Source: Chiloscyllium plagiosum (taxonomy: Eukaryota). From it: a stretch of DNA of 64,000 nucleotides. How positions within the stretch are numbered: the stretch's first letter is position 1; every line of letters starts with the position of its first letter. The notes under the pieces were generated by a model that was not told the DNA's origin, made no database searches, and saw nothing but the letters and a program-made list of their open reading frames with translations. Both the position numbers and the translations under genes were made by a program. This document shows, one piece after another, positions 26,345 through 39,303 of this stretch. The DNA is taken from contig NC_057757.1 of the NCBI RefSeq assembly GCF_004010195.1, forward strand, positions 1,180,033-1,244,032, given 5' to 3'.

Positions 26345-27060
26345 ATGACCACAGAGTAGGCTTTTACTGTGTATCTAACCTGTGTTCTACCGACCCTAAA
26401 AGTCATGATGTACAGGATTTGGAGATGCCGGTGTTGGACTGGGATGTACAAAGTTAAAAATCACACACCAGGTTATAGTCCAACAGGTTTAATTGATTAG
26501 ATTTTTTTTTGATTAGATTAGATTAGATTACATTACAGTGTGGAAACAGGCCCTTCGGCCCAACAAGTCCACACCGACCCGCCGAAGCGACTAGCTTTCG
26601 GAGCGCCACTCCTTCATCAGGTGATTGTGGAGGAGACAGTGTTGGACTGGGGTCGACAAAGTTAAAAATCACACAACAACAGGTTATAGTCCAATAGGGT
26701 TATTTGGAAGAACTAGCTTTGGAGCACTGCTCCTTCATCAGGTAGCTCAGCATCGCTCTGTAGGCTAGTACTTCCAATAAACCTGTTGGACTATAACCTG
26801 GTGTTGTGTGACTTGTAACTTTACCCTAAGACTGTTTAGCAGGACTGTGTAGAGGGGAGCTTTACTCTGTATCTAAACACTTGCTGTCCTGTCCTGGGAG
26901 TGTTTGATGGGGTCATTGTAGAGGAAACTTTATGCTGTACACGGCTTTACTATTTAACCTGTGCTGCAGCTGCCCTCAGTGTTTGATGGGACAGTAGATA
27001 GGGAGCTATACTCTGTTTCTAAACTGTCTATTATTTGCCCTGGAGATGTGGTGGAACTGT
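26345..27060. repeat. Degenerate about 65-bp minisatellite (GTAGAGGGAGCTTTACTCTGTATCTAAC...GTGTTTGATGGGACA), interrupted by a Penelope-derived insertion
   Basis: Units near 26350, 26848, 26917 and 26994. Confidence 0.7.
26415..26822. mobile_element. Penelope-derived element (family C): two tandem terminal repeats plus one inverted copy, with hammerhead motifs
   Basis: GTGTTGGACTGGG...CAGGTTATAGTCCAA twice, inverted at about 26765-26822; minus strand 26590-26622 reads AC CTGATGA AGGAG-tggcg-CTCC GAAAG CTA GT. Confidence 0.8.
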
Positions 27061-27282
27061 GTTAACAATGAAATTAACCAGACATTGACAAGTTTCTCAA
27101 TGTTTTTATTTAGGGTTAAGAAGAAACCAGAGATGGCTATTAATTATCTGAGCACATATACAGGGATTTGACATTGAAAAGAAGCTGCAGCCTACATGTT
27201 TGACTTTTTTTAATTAAACTGACAGCATGTCATTAATTTTAAGTGGTTTTAGATTTGAAAAATCTAGCCATACGCAGGATCA

Positions 27283-27510
27283 AGGCTTTTTGTGGTGCAA
27301 TGGTTCTGTCCCTAGCTCTGAGTCAGAAGGCTGCTCGAAAAGGTGTGGACTATCTCTGTACAGGTTGATTAGAAAATATCCATATATAGGGATCAGGGAC
27401 TCTTATGGCACAGCAGTAGTGTCCCTTACCTTTGAGCTATGAGGTCCATATTCAAGGTGCACCTGTTCCGAAGGTACGTAATATCACCTCTGAATAGGTT
27501 GATTAAAAAA
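27283..27510 (+). mobile_element. Tandem pair of short tRNA-like SINE units (also at 22825-22930 and 35345-35450)
   Basis: GTGG..CA.TGGTAGTGTCCCTACC..TGAGC...GTTCAA...CACCTG.TCC...ATCTCTGAA.AGGTTGATT motif repeated. Confidence 0.6.
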
Positions 27511-29054
27511 TAGATTTAAAAAAAACACACACACAAATAGAAACTGGGAAAAGTGGGGGTGCAGTGGTAATATCACCGGATCAATGATCCAGGATAATGT
27601 TATGAGACAAGAGTTTGAATCTCACCAAGATAGATGGTGAAATTTGAATTCAATTTAAAAAAGTATACAGGGATCACCCAAGGAATCAGAGGGGTGAGCC
27701 TGAGCAATTCAATAAATTCTTTCCAAAAAAGAGAAAGGTATATCAGTCCTAATTTCAATGTCCACAACTAACTTGGAATCTATTAATGTTGGCAACAGAA
27801 AATGATGCAGATTGGAAATTAAGGGTTCAATTTTATAATCTATTGGTTAACGTCAAGTGAAGTTATTTAGAGAGTTCTTCCACCACAGGGCCATTTTCTC
27901 AACGTGTCTTACCAAACCTACCTCATTGATTACCTAACCCAGCCCAGACGTGAGTGGCACACCCTTCTGTCTGCCATCTCACATTCATTATCTCTACTAC
28001 CTCGCACCAAGGCTCATTCTCTGCCACTCTCACTCTTTTCTGCAACGTCTCGTGCTGCCAGCCCTCACACCCCTGAGCCTCCAACACCACTAACACCGCA
28101 CGCCTTCTGCTAGGCCTACTCACTCATCTGGGTGGTTCAGGTAGCAGCTTTTGTGTAATCCACATTTTTGTTCAGGACCGCCTCACCCACCCAAACTGGG
28201 TATGTTACATGATCTGACCTCGTGTCATACCCATGTAGGACGTTTTCTGTGGTTTTGACACCAAACTTCGTCCCCTGAAGTTAGCTGCCTCTCTCACTTA
28301 GAGAGGACACGTGCCCAGCATTGGCGTTCCTGATGCTGTTTCACCCTCTCACCCAGGTCTGTGAATATCAGATTTAACCTGGTGAGGAGTCTACTCCCCA
28401 TTAGCAAACCTGCTGGAACTTTCTCTCTAGTTATGTGAGGGGTGGTTCTATAATCGAATAGTAACTGGGACAGTTTGGTATCGAGTGAAGCTGTCAGCTA
28501 TTTCTTTAAGCCAGCCTTCAATGTTTGGACTGTCCTTTCTGCCAAACCATTGGACGATAGATGGTTTGGATGCCATTCACCTTTAGAAAATACTCAAAAT
28601 CCCTGCTGGTTATTCACATCCCATTGTCCATGATCAGTATTTCTGGGAGTCTGTGTATCTCAGACAATGCTCGCGGCTTTACAAACATCATCCCTGAGTC
28701 TGACGAACAAACTCTGCACAAATCCAACCATTTTGGGTGGGCATCAACGATGAGCAAGAACATTGAGCCCATGAAAGGACTGGCATAGCTGATGTGTGAC
28801 TGAGTCCAGAATTTATCTAGCCATTCCGCTGCATGTGGGGACATGTTGGTAGTAATTTCTGTCCTTGTTGGCTCTGAGCACTGGCCCACCAACCCAGCTA
28901 TGGTGGCAGCCAATTCTGGCCACCAGGCATAACTCCTTGCCAACATTCTCATTTTGGAAATCTCTCGATGACTTTGGTGGAGTTCAGCCAGTACCTGACA
29001 GCAACCTTTACTTGGGACAATCCCTCTTGTTCACCAAAATAATAGAATAACAGA

Positions 29055-29312
29055 ATCATAGAATCCCTACAGTGTGGAAACAGTCCCTTTGGCCCAACAA
29101 GTCCAAACTGACTCTCTGACGAATAACCCACCCAGATCCATTTCCCGAACCTATTACTCGGCATTTACCCCTAACTAATGCACCTAATCTACACATCCCT
29201 GAACACGATGGGCAATTTAACACGGCCAACTCACTTAACCTACACATCTTTGGATTGTGGGAGGAAACCGGAGCACCCAGAGGAAACCCACGCAGACACG
29301 GGGGAGAATGTG
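29055..29312 (-). mobile_element. HE1 V-SINE, 5'-truncated
   Basis: V-domain and tail. Confidence 0.85.
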
Positions 29313-29701
29313 CTGTCCTATACGATAATCTAGTCGCACTGGTCCAGAAAGGATTGTCTTTTTGTTGTGATGGTTCCTTCACTTTCCAGCCTCCTGATTT
29401 CTGCCTCTACTTTTATATTTATGGCAAATAGCAATCGCAGGTTAGCTTGGCTCCTTTGATAGTCGCTAGTCTTTGCTGAAAATCCTCTGGGTATTGAATT
29501 AGGATTTCACTCAGGCAGCGATTTTCTAATCGAAAAATGTTGAGCGAATCAAGGTAAATCTTTCTCAGCCATTTCCACCCATCAAATTTGAACCTTTTTT
29601 CTACCAACCGTGGTAACTACACCAACCGTTTCTCATAGGAGACCGGAACCGAAGACATACCCTTAATCTGTAACAGTTCCCCAGTATACATTCTTGGTCT
29701 G

Positions 29702-29888
29702 GGAGAAAGTGAGGACTGCAGATGCTGGCGGTCAGAGTCAAAACGTGTGGTGCTGGAAAAGCACAGCATCCGAGGAGCAGGAGGATCGACGTTTTGAGTA
29801 TCAGCTCTTCATCATTCCTGGCACGTTGACTCTCCTGCTCCTCGGATGCTGCCTGACCGGCTCTGCTTTTCCAGCGCCACACTTTTTA
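29702..29888. mobile_element. Penelope-derived hairpin element (family A)
   Basis: GAGAAAGTGAGGACTGCAGATGCTGG arm plus an inverted arm. Confidence 0.8.
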
Positions 29889-30449
29889 AGCACATTCTCA
29901 GTCCGGCCGAGGTCTTGCACAAGCCTAAAGGTTGGAGTCCAGAGTGAATCTTGTTAAAGGCTGGTTCTGCAACCACTGTTCGAGGTGTGACAGTATCGAC
30001 CTCTGGGGGTGGCCATTTAACCGGACACTTAGTTCGATTGGTTCTGATTTGGATGTTGCTAAGCAATTTAACTGATCCAAACCTCAAGTGGGTGGACTTT
30101 CCAGGATGTGCACTCTCCTGGATAATGACCTATGAGTTTTCTTACTGAAGTCAGGCCTCGGAGGATTCCTTTGCTGTGTCAAGTCTACATACCGGCAGTA
30201 ATTACAATGGCTTGACAGCCCGGCTCCTGAAGAACATTTTAGCCACTTGGCCAAGGATCAGTTTTGTTTTTGGGTTTTGCTGTGGGCTGATCTAGAGTTC
30301 CTCTTCTTAGGACATGTTCTACATCAGGCTCTGTGATTTCCTATACTAAAGTGCTGTTCCCCCAGCTCAGTCAGACAGGTGACAGTGTCCACTCCCACTG
30401 GGATACCCTGTAGCTCATATGCTCCACTTGCTGCATTTTCTAATGACAA

Positions 30450-30990
30450 GAGTCACAGAGACATAGGGATGTACAGCACAGAAATGGACTCTTCGGTCCA
30501 ACCCGTCCATGCCGACCAGATATCCCAACCCAATCTAGTCCCACCTGCCAGCACCTGGCCCATATCCCTCCAAATCCTTCCTTTTCATATACCCATCCAA
30601 AGGCCTTTTAAATGTTGCAATTGTACCAGCCTCCTCCACTTCCTCTGGCAGCTCATTCCACACATGTAACACAGTGTGTGTGAAAAAGTTGGCCATTACG
30701 TCCCTTTTATATCTTTTCGCTCTCACTCTAAACCAATGCCCTCTAGTTCTGGACTCCCCCACCCCAGGAAAAACATTTTGCCTGTTTATCCTATTCATGT
30801 CCCTAATGATTTTATAAACCTCTATAAGGTCACCCCTCAGCCTCCGATGCTCCAGGGAAAACAGCCCCAGCCTGTTCAGCCTCTCTCTATAGCTCACAGC
30901 CTACAACCCTGGCAACATCCTTGTAAATCATTTCTGAACCCTTTGAAGTTTCAAACATCCTTTCAGTAGGAAGGAGACCTGAATTACATG
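30450..30990 (-). mobile_element. CR1 3' fragment
   Basis: ORF 30535..30897 RRLRGDLIEVYKI. Confidence 0.92.
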
Positions 30991-31675
30991 CAATTAGACA
31001 AAGCTAGTTGTCCTGTCTGTTTGAAGTCCAGTTGGGCTAGTAGATGCTTTTGCATGGTTACATCATTAATTCTACACACCAAATGGTCTCTCAGTATCTC
31101 GTTCAGGGTTAACCCAAAATCGTATGCCTCTGGTAGTCACAACTTTGTTAATAATACCAATATGGATTCTCCTACTTCTGAAAGTGCCGAATAAAACTGA
31201 TAGCATCACAGAATTAGAGGAGGTTGGGGTTCTAATATTCGTTCAATAAATCCATCAACTCTTGAAAGGTTTTAGGATCTGGTGCTTCAGGGAAAGTTAG
31301 GCTCCTAATAACCAAAAATGCTGCAGGTCCACAAGCAGTCAGAAGAATTACTCATTGCCTTTCCTCTGCCCCAATGTCATTTGCCCGGAAAAAAATAACA
31401 GATTCCCTCCACGTACTGTGCCCAGTCTTTGAGAGCAGGATTGAACAAGTCAAGCTTCCCAAATAAAGGCATGATGCCAGGAATGCTTACCCTAACTCAA
31501 AGACAGCTGCCATGAGTGAATTTTCTTCAGGACCGGAGTGTTTTCTTTCATTGTTACTGAAATAACAGCGCAGAGGCTGGTATCTTGTCACCGAGTCACC
31601 TTTTATTTACATGAGCACACTACATGGACTCTGACCAGCGAGCTCAGAGCAAATCCATGGAGTGAGATGACTTAT

Positions 31676-32030
31676 CATAGAATCCCTACAGTGTGGAAAC
31701 AGGCCATTTGGCCCAACAAGTCCACACCGACCTTCTGAAGAGTAACCCACCCAGACCCATTCCCCTATCCTGTTACTCTACATTTACCACTGAGTAATGC
31801 ACCTAAGCTACACATCCCTGAACACAATGGGGCAATTTAACATGTGCAAATCACCTAAGCTGCACATCTTTGGACTGTGGGAGGAAACCAGAGCACCTGG
31901 AGGAAAGCCACACAGACACGGGGAAAATGTGCAAACTCCACACAGACAGTTGCCTGAGGCTGGAATCAAACCCAGGTCCCTGGCGCTGTGAGGCAGCAGT
32001 GCTAACCACTGAGCTACCATGCAACCCATG
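31676..32030 (-). mobile_element. HE1 V-SINE
   Basis: Family motifs. Confidence 0.9.
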
Positions 32031-33026
32031 CAATCATGACTGATTGAAGACTTTAAGTACCTTTTACCTGCTCCCGTCCCATAAGTCCGTGTACCAGGAG
32101 TTGCAGTCATGCACTGAACCATGCAATCTTCTGCCTGCTTCCATGAACAGTGTTGGTAGCTGCACTAGAGAACTGGGGCTGCTGGAGGGGTACATAAACC
32201 TGCACTCCGTCGCCCGAGTCATTGGTTCATAGGAACAAAGTCACGTCGACGGAGGGTTGGGAAACCTGGAGCGTGCTTGAGATTCTCCTTCCTCACAAGG
32301 GGACACGACGCTACCAAGAGGCATCCAACCAGAGGAGAAATTTCACGCAGCCCACTCAGAGGTCTCCGGTCAACGCACTCAAGAGGTGGCTATGCCTTTC
32401 TCCTCCACCCTCCCTGCCCCCCCCTGACCCTTGGAAGATCAGACTAAGGAGGGTTGAGTTTCCTGTTGCAAGAAAACACTGGGCATATCTGTACAGCCCA
32501 GACATAAAGGCCTATGGGGTCCATAAGACCATAAGACCCTCTAATTCTAAGGCTGTGTCCACGGGTCCTAGTCTCCTCGTTTAACTGAAACAATTTCCTA
32601 GCATCCACCTTTTCCAAGCCATGTATTATTTTGTACGTCTCTATTAAGTCACCCGAACAAACTTCCAATGGCCTCCACTCCTGAGCAGTTTGTTTCCACA
32701 GCAGCTGCGGACCAGGGAGTACACTGAGATGTAGTGGAGGGAGAAAAAGAAGACACCCTATTGAAGGAACTTTGGGAGCACGGGTGACAATGCACTAGAC
32801 ACTATTTATCCCTTTTTAAATAAATATCAGTGCTCTGACCCGGCATTTCCTTATTTCTCTCTCTGTGTAGCCTTAAATGTAACCATTCCAGCATGATACA
32901 TACCTTCATGGCCACACAGGGTGCTACAATTGTAAAGGGGTGCAACAGTGTTTAAAAGGAAGGTGGGTGGGGTTGAATTCAGTAAATTAGGTTTTGAAAC
33001 AGTTTCTACCCTATTGTTGTTAGAAT

Positions 33027-33265
33027 ACTGAATGGACTCACAAACTCTTAACATTCGCCTGTACCTGTGTTTTTGTTTTTGCCGCTGTTTACCTATTACT
33101 TACTTATCTATTACTTACTTATTACTTACTTATCTATTACTTACTTATTACTTACTTATCTATTACTTACTTATTACTTACTTATCTATGCTAGTTAACT
33201 CTATTACTTGCAAGACAAAGCTTTTCACTGTGCCTCGGTACACGGGACAATAAATTCAATTCAAA
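33027..33265 (+). mobile_element. Rex1/Babar-like 3' tail with expanded (TTAC)n microsatellite
   Basis: AAAGCTTTTCACTGTGCCTCGGTACACG..ACAATAAATTCAATTCAA. Confidence 0.65.
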
Positions 33266-33990
33266 ATCATGGGTAGAAAAAGGTTTATTCAGGAGTGGTG
33301 GGGTTAATTCACGAGCATTTGGTTTGTGGAGAAAAATCCAAAATGTCTTTGGTAAGCAGTGATTATCCCTACCTTGGGAAGAGACTGCAATTAGTTTCAT
33401 TGCTTTTTCTGAGTATCTGAATACTCAGTGTGCAGAAAGAAAGGCATTCATTAACTCTGGGGTTAGAGTAAAATTCAGTGAGTCTTGCAGCATTATGAAA
33501 AAGAAATCTGGGAGACGTGGTATATTGCAAAAGAGAGGGGCAGAAGAAGTGGAAAGGTCCAGGTCAGGTTATGGATAGTGATGAAGAAAACAGATAATTT
33601 TTACACTGCGGCAATCAGACTGTTAGGATGCATTGCTCAAGGCTAGTTCTGAAGAAGGGTCACAGGATTCGAAATGTTCTCTCCAGAAATGCTGCCAGAC
33701 TTGCTGAATACCTCCATCAACTTCTGGTCTTGTTTTTTTCGGATCTCCGACACGTGAAGTTATTTGTTTTATTCCTCAAGGTTAACAGGCAGAGCTTATA
33801 TATTCACAGAATCTAAACACCTCGCCCTTTGCGAGCGTAAAACAGACGGTACCGAGGAGCAGATCAAGGCAGATAAAGAGCTCACTGAATGTGGACACAG
33901 TGATATCGATGGACAAGATAAGGCTACATTTTCAAGAGGACCTTGACCAAACTTTGGGTCACTAAACATGCCAGAGACATTTGTACGCCA

Positions 33991-34358
33991 GAATTAGAAT
34001 TAGAACTACAATTAGAATTAGAATCCCTACAGTGTGGAAACAGGCCCTTTGGCCCAACAAGTCCGCACCGACCCTCCAAAGCCACCCAGATCTATTCCCC
34101 TATCTTATTCCTATACATTTACCCCTGACTAATGCACCTAACCCACACATCCCTGAATACAATGGGCAATTTAGCACGGCCAACTCACCCTAACCTGCAC
34201 ATCTTTGGATTGTGGGAGGAAGCTGGAGCACCCGGAGGAAACCCACGCAGACACGGGGAGAGAGAGCAAACTCCACACTGACAGTCGCCCGAGGGTGGAA
34301 TCAAACTCAGGTCCATGGTGCTGTGAGACAGCGGTGCTAACCACTGAGCCACCGTGCC
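33991..34358 (-). mobile_element. HE1 V-SINE
   Basis: Family motifs; (ATTAGA)n tail. Confidence 0.9.
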
Positions 34359-35116
34359 ACAGAAGGGACAGTAAATGGAGGGATGCCCCCATGAAATTGA
34401 AAGAAGAAAAAACCAACAGCAAAAATGATGAAAATGCAAGATGAGGAAAATGATTTGTCAAAACGAGATAAGGATGTAAAGGAAGTACAGAATGAATCCT
34501 GAAGATAGGCTTGGAAGTGAACATGGACCTAGGGAAAGGTCACAGACTGGTGAAAGGAACGCTGACCATACAAGAGGGAGATAGTGTAGTAGCCCAGACT
34601 GAAGCGTGGAGTAGAGATTGTATTTGGACAAGAACAAAAAACCAGGGAACAGACCAAGGTTAGAAGAGACGTTTGAGTTACTAAGCCAAATTCGAAGATA
34701 CGTTGATAAAGGATGCAAAACAGAAATGTTGGAAAGGATTTGGTGTTGACACTGAGGTGCAGGATGGGAAACATGCAGCTTTATATCACAGGTCTGAAGA
34801 GGAGTCATACCAGATTCGAAATGTTGACTCCATTTCCCTATCCACTGAGTCTGCCAGCCCTGCTGAGCTTCTCCTGTTTCTTACAACACCGATAGATGTG
34901 TACAGAAAAGATGTTTGCTGCTGATTCCTTTAGGTTAATATCAGACCAATGGCTTGGGGTTTTGAAGAAAGACTTGGGTGATCAAAATATCAGGGTCAAT
35001 TTTCCTACAGCAGGAGAGCTGTTTTTGAGCTGTTGAAGCAACATATTCCTAGGAATATAAACAAATGATGTAAACTTGCACTGGATCCCTGTACGGGTTG
35101 ATTAAAACTAGGGGTT

Positions 35117-35341
35117 CTGAAATAACTGCACAGAGGTCAGTATCCCATCACAAGTCACCCTTTATTCACTTGTGCACAGTACACTGGCTGGGGCTAGCCA
35201 GCTTGGAGTCAGTCATCTGAACTGAGGAGATTCCAAATTTCCTGTTAATATTGGTTAGCCAGGGCTTTTCTGATTGGCCCAGGTTAATACCCCAATCAAC
35301 AATCTTGTAGTCAACAAGTCAACCTGGTTCCAATCGCGACA
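35117..35341. mobile_element. Solo LTR related to the Gypsy LTR at 31555
   Basis: CTGAAATAAC.GC.CAGAGG...GTATC....CAC.AGTCACC.TTTATT shared with 31557-31608; ends in CA. Confidence 0.6.
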
Positions 35342-36744
35342 GTTACTTGTGGTGCAGTGGTAGTATTTCTACATCTGAGCCAGAACACCTGGGTTTTGGT
35401 TCGACCTTCTCTAGAGGTCAGTCAAAACATCTCTGAACAAGTTGATTTGGAGAAATATTTTTCCTAATCAATCCACCTAATCGACTCCACCGGATATGGA
35501 ATGAGAAAGTTAAGGCTGAGGAAGTCAATAAACTCTCACAATCGAGAAGCTATATCAGTTTTGATTTGAATCTCTCTAAGTGGCTTGCAATCTGTTAACA
35601 GTGAGCTTTACTCCTTCTCAAGCCCCTTTGTATTACTGTGGCAGTGGTGTTTGTGCCATTGAGAGCAGAGATATAGAAATAAAGAGGTAGGAGCATTATC
35701 AAGCCTGTTCTTTGAGTCAGCTGGGCCATTCAATATGATTGCTGCTGACCTGATTGCAGCTTTAATTTCAATTTCATGCCAAAACCCCATTATCCTCAAA
35801 TCTCTTGAACATCAAGAGTATTGATTCAGCCCCCGACTCTCTCTCAGGTTGAGAACTGCAAAGATTACTCTTTGGAGGGTTGGTGTGGAGTTGTTGGGCC
35901 GAAGGGCCCATTTCCACACTGTAGGGAATCTAACCTAATCTAATCTCTCTAGGTGAAGAAGTTCCTCTCCATCTTGTGCCTTCTCATTTTCAATGCCCCT
36001 AGGAGCGATACATCTCCTCAGTATCTATCCTGTCAAGATCCCTCTGAATCTTACATGTATCAGTAAGATCTCCCCTCCTAGAAACTCCAAACATGGACTC
36101 AAGCTTCCTTATAAACCCATCCCTTTATTCCAGGAACTCATGTATTAACTTGACCTGAACTGTTTCCAAATTGTGTGCATTTATCTAATGAGCCATTATC
36201 TAAAAAGACAATAGGCATCTTTCTTCTTTGGAGAGACAGTTGGTTCTGCACAGTTTGAGGGTAATTACTCCACATGAACTATTATATCCACTACAGGAAC
36301 ATGAAAACCTATCCTTAATTAAGGAAGCCATAACTGTATGGAACTGGCCTCACTGATGCCCTGTATAGTTGGAGCAAGACTTCCTTCCTTTTACATTCCA
36401 CCCTCTGTTTTGCAACAACAGACAATCGTTAATTTGTCTTCCAAAGACTAGGCCCCTCCCCTGCCTTGCGGATGCCCTCATTACTGAGCTTTGTGAAGCT
36501 GTGAAATTTCACTTCAAGGCCTTGTGGTGAGGTAAAAGCTGTCAACATTCAAGATGAGTGGAAAATAAAGAATAGCCTTCATACAAAGCCTTTCACCACT
36601 CATAACTACCGAAAGCACTTTCCAACCAGGTTTTGGGTTCCAGAAGTAGGTCTTTATTCAGGAAATGTGGCACCTTGATCTCTCTGTACTGCAGAATTCT
36701 GCAGTCTCTCTGCTTTCCTATCCTTCATCAAAGTGAAGGTGTTG

Positions 36745-37290
36745 ACGGAATGATAATATCACTGGACTAGTAATCCAAAAAGCCAAAGTGAGGACTGCAG
36801 ATGCTGGAGATTAGAGTCGAGAGTGTGGCGCTGGAAAAGCACAGCAGGTCAGGCAGCATCCGAGGAGCAGGAAGAATAATGTTTCAGGCATAAGCCCTTC
36901 ATCCATTTTACCCAAAACGTCAATTCTCCTGCTCCTCAGATGCTGCCTGACCTGCTGTGCTTTTCCAGCACCACACTCTTAACTAGTAATCCAAAACCCC
37001 AGCTAATATCCTGGGAACACAGATTCAAATCTGACCAGGGCAGATGATGAAATTTGATTTCAATTTGAAGAAAATGTGGAAAAAGAGCTGACTGAATGCT
37101 GACCATGTAACTACTATTAATTGTTAGAAAATACAAGATGGTTCACTGCCATTTTGGGAAGGGAACCTGCCATCCTTAGCTGGTCTGGCCTACATATGAT
37201 CCCATAGCCACATCAATAGGGTTGACTCTGAACTGCCCTCTGGACAATAAATGCAAGTCAAGCCAATAACACCCATCTTCTTTGAATAAA
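36745..37290 (+). mobile_element. Second tRNA-derived SINE family (also 27555-27660, 39380-39670 minus, 60870-61240)
   Basis: TCACTGGACTAGTAATCC head, GGTTCACT...GGGAAGG.AA.CTGCCATCCTT..CTGGTCTGGCCTACAT core. Confidence 0.7.
36781..36981. mobile_element. Penelope-derived hairpin element (family A)
   Basis: 15-bp TSD ACTAGTAATCCAAAA at 36766-36780 and 36982-36996. Confidence 0.88.
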
Positions 37291-38267
37291 CTTTCTTGAA
37301 AAATGACATGCTATGTTCAGATTCAAATTTTTACCCACAACTATCTTATCCACATTTCTCTATAAACTCTTTATGACCTTGCTTATTTTTATATCGGTCT
37401 TTGCATCATTATCAAATTTGGCCACAATGCAGTTGGGCCTTTCATGCAGGTCATTAATATAGATTGTACCAGCACAGATCTGTGTGTCACTCCATTAGTT
37501 ATTGCTTGCCAAGTTGAACACTACCTCTTTATCCCTACTCTCTGATACCTGTTAATTAGATAATCCTCTATCGTGGTCCTCTATTACCCTCAAAACCATG
37601 AGTTCTTGTCCGATGTGACAACATTTCATGGGGTACTTTATTCAATACATTTTAGAATTGAAACACACATCTACTGTCTCCCTTTTAGCCACTGACACAC
37701 TATGTTCAAAATAATGGATTGCATCATTTTCCCAAAACAGGTCAAACTATTGGCTAACTGGCCTAAAATTTCCCATTCTTTCTTGAATAGAAGTGTTACG
37801 TATGCAGTTTTCAAATCCACTGTGATCTTCACAGAATCAAGGGAATTAAAGCAGTTTACAATCAATGCATTCACTAACTCTGCAGCCACTCCGTTAAAAT
37901 ATAGGCCATTGGACCAATGGTTTAGTATCAATTTAACGGAATTGAGTTGGCACAGTTCCAAATGCAGTTGATATGGAGCCTCAATGGCATGATATTGAAA
38001 GAGTTGAAATACGTGTCCAAAATGAGACTTTTACCCCCTCACCAACACGTTTACCCCCCTTGCTGGCACAAATCGCTGACAGTAGCCAAGAGTGGAAACC
38101 TCAGCTTATTCTGAGGGCTGTGCAAGATGAAATCGAGGGCAAATGTAGCAGTGAAATGATCACCCAAACTGAGTTGAGAATACACTACAGAACAGAAAAA
38201 GGGATCTTTCTTGCTCCACTCCCCAGCACCAAGAATTGAGTAATATTTACAGGCCTAACTGGAGCTC

Positions 38268-38547
38268 ACAGCGCAGAAAGAGGCTATTTGGCCAATCGAG
38301 TCTGCACTTACCCCCCTGAGGAGTAACCCACCCCCACACCCTATCCCTGTAGCCCTGCATTTACCATGGCTAATCCACCTAGCCTGCATATCTTTGGGCT
38401 GAGGGAGGAAACCGAGCACCTGACCAAAACCCACACAGACACAGAGAGAACATGCAAACTCCACACAGATAGTCACTAAAGGTTGGAATTGGACCCGATT
38501 CCCTGGCGCTGTGATGTGACAGTACTAAGCACTATGCACTGAGCACG
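38268..38547 (-). mobile_element. HE1-related SINE variant
   Basis: V-domain and tRNA-like head. Confidence 0.8.
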
Positions 38548-38869
38548 TTGAACTCTAGAACTAAGGCAGCCACAGTAAAACTGATTTCCTGCCAACTGAG
38601 GTCTTATTCATTTGTGGTTTTCAAATTGCTAATTTTGTTCTTATAACAATCAGCATATTCATCACATCCTCAGGACAGAGTTATCAGTAAATAAAGGCCT
38701 TCCCTTCTTTCAGCTCTACGTGTCAGTTAGGTACATTATTTTCTGAGGCTGAGGTTTGTTCCCTTTATTTACTGGCATTTTGGAACTGTTTTCATGGTCA
38801 AAGAGACAGAAAGCATCCCAACATTGGCAAAAAATAAAGAGGAAATAACGAATGTAATCACTATCACTA

Positions 38870-39303
38870 GTCATAGAGTCATAGACACGTACAGAACAGA
38901 AACAGACCCTTTGGTCCAACCCATCCATGCTGACCAGATATCCCAAACCAATCTAGTCCCACCTGCCAGCACCCGGCCAATATCCCTCCAAACCCTTCCT
39001 ATTCATATACCCATCCAAATGCCTCTTAAATGTTGCAATTGTACCAGCCTCCACCACTTCCTCTGGCAGCTCATTCCATACACGTACTACCCTCTGTGTG
39101 AAAAAGTTGCCCCGTAGGTCTCTTTTATATCTCTCACCCTAAACCTATGCCCTGTAGTTCTGGACTCCCCAACCCCAGGGAAAATACTTTGCCTAATTAC
39201 CCTATCCATGCCCCTCATAATTTTGTAAACCTCTATAAGGTCACCCCTCGGCCTCTGATGCTCCAGGGAAAACAGCCCCAGCCTATTCAGCCTCTTCCTA
39301 TAG
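38870..39303 (-). mobile_element. CR1 3' fragment
   Basis: CR1 3' UTR and ORF2 C-terminus. Confidence 0.9.

Larger units (their letters stand above)
27990..31675 (-). mobile_element. Decayed Gypsy-type LTR retrotransposon (gag start, integrase, 5' LTR), with nested HE1, Penelope and CR1 insertions
   Basis: Integrase RMLARSYAWWP...SPFMGSMFLLIVDAHPKWL...ILIMDNG; gag-like start MPLFGKLD at 31473; LTR-like segment at about 31555-31675. Confidence 0.85.

Noticed and set aside
36440..36552. Duplicated segment as an H/ACA snoRNA (hairpin, ACA near the end)
   Set aside because: No convincing H box or two-hairpin fold; similarity extends into flanking SINE, which fits DNA duplication better
37973..38239. 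88-aa plus-strand ORF in unique sequence
   Set aside because: No recognisable domain; splice-site readings on the two strands conflict, so no call is supportable
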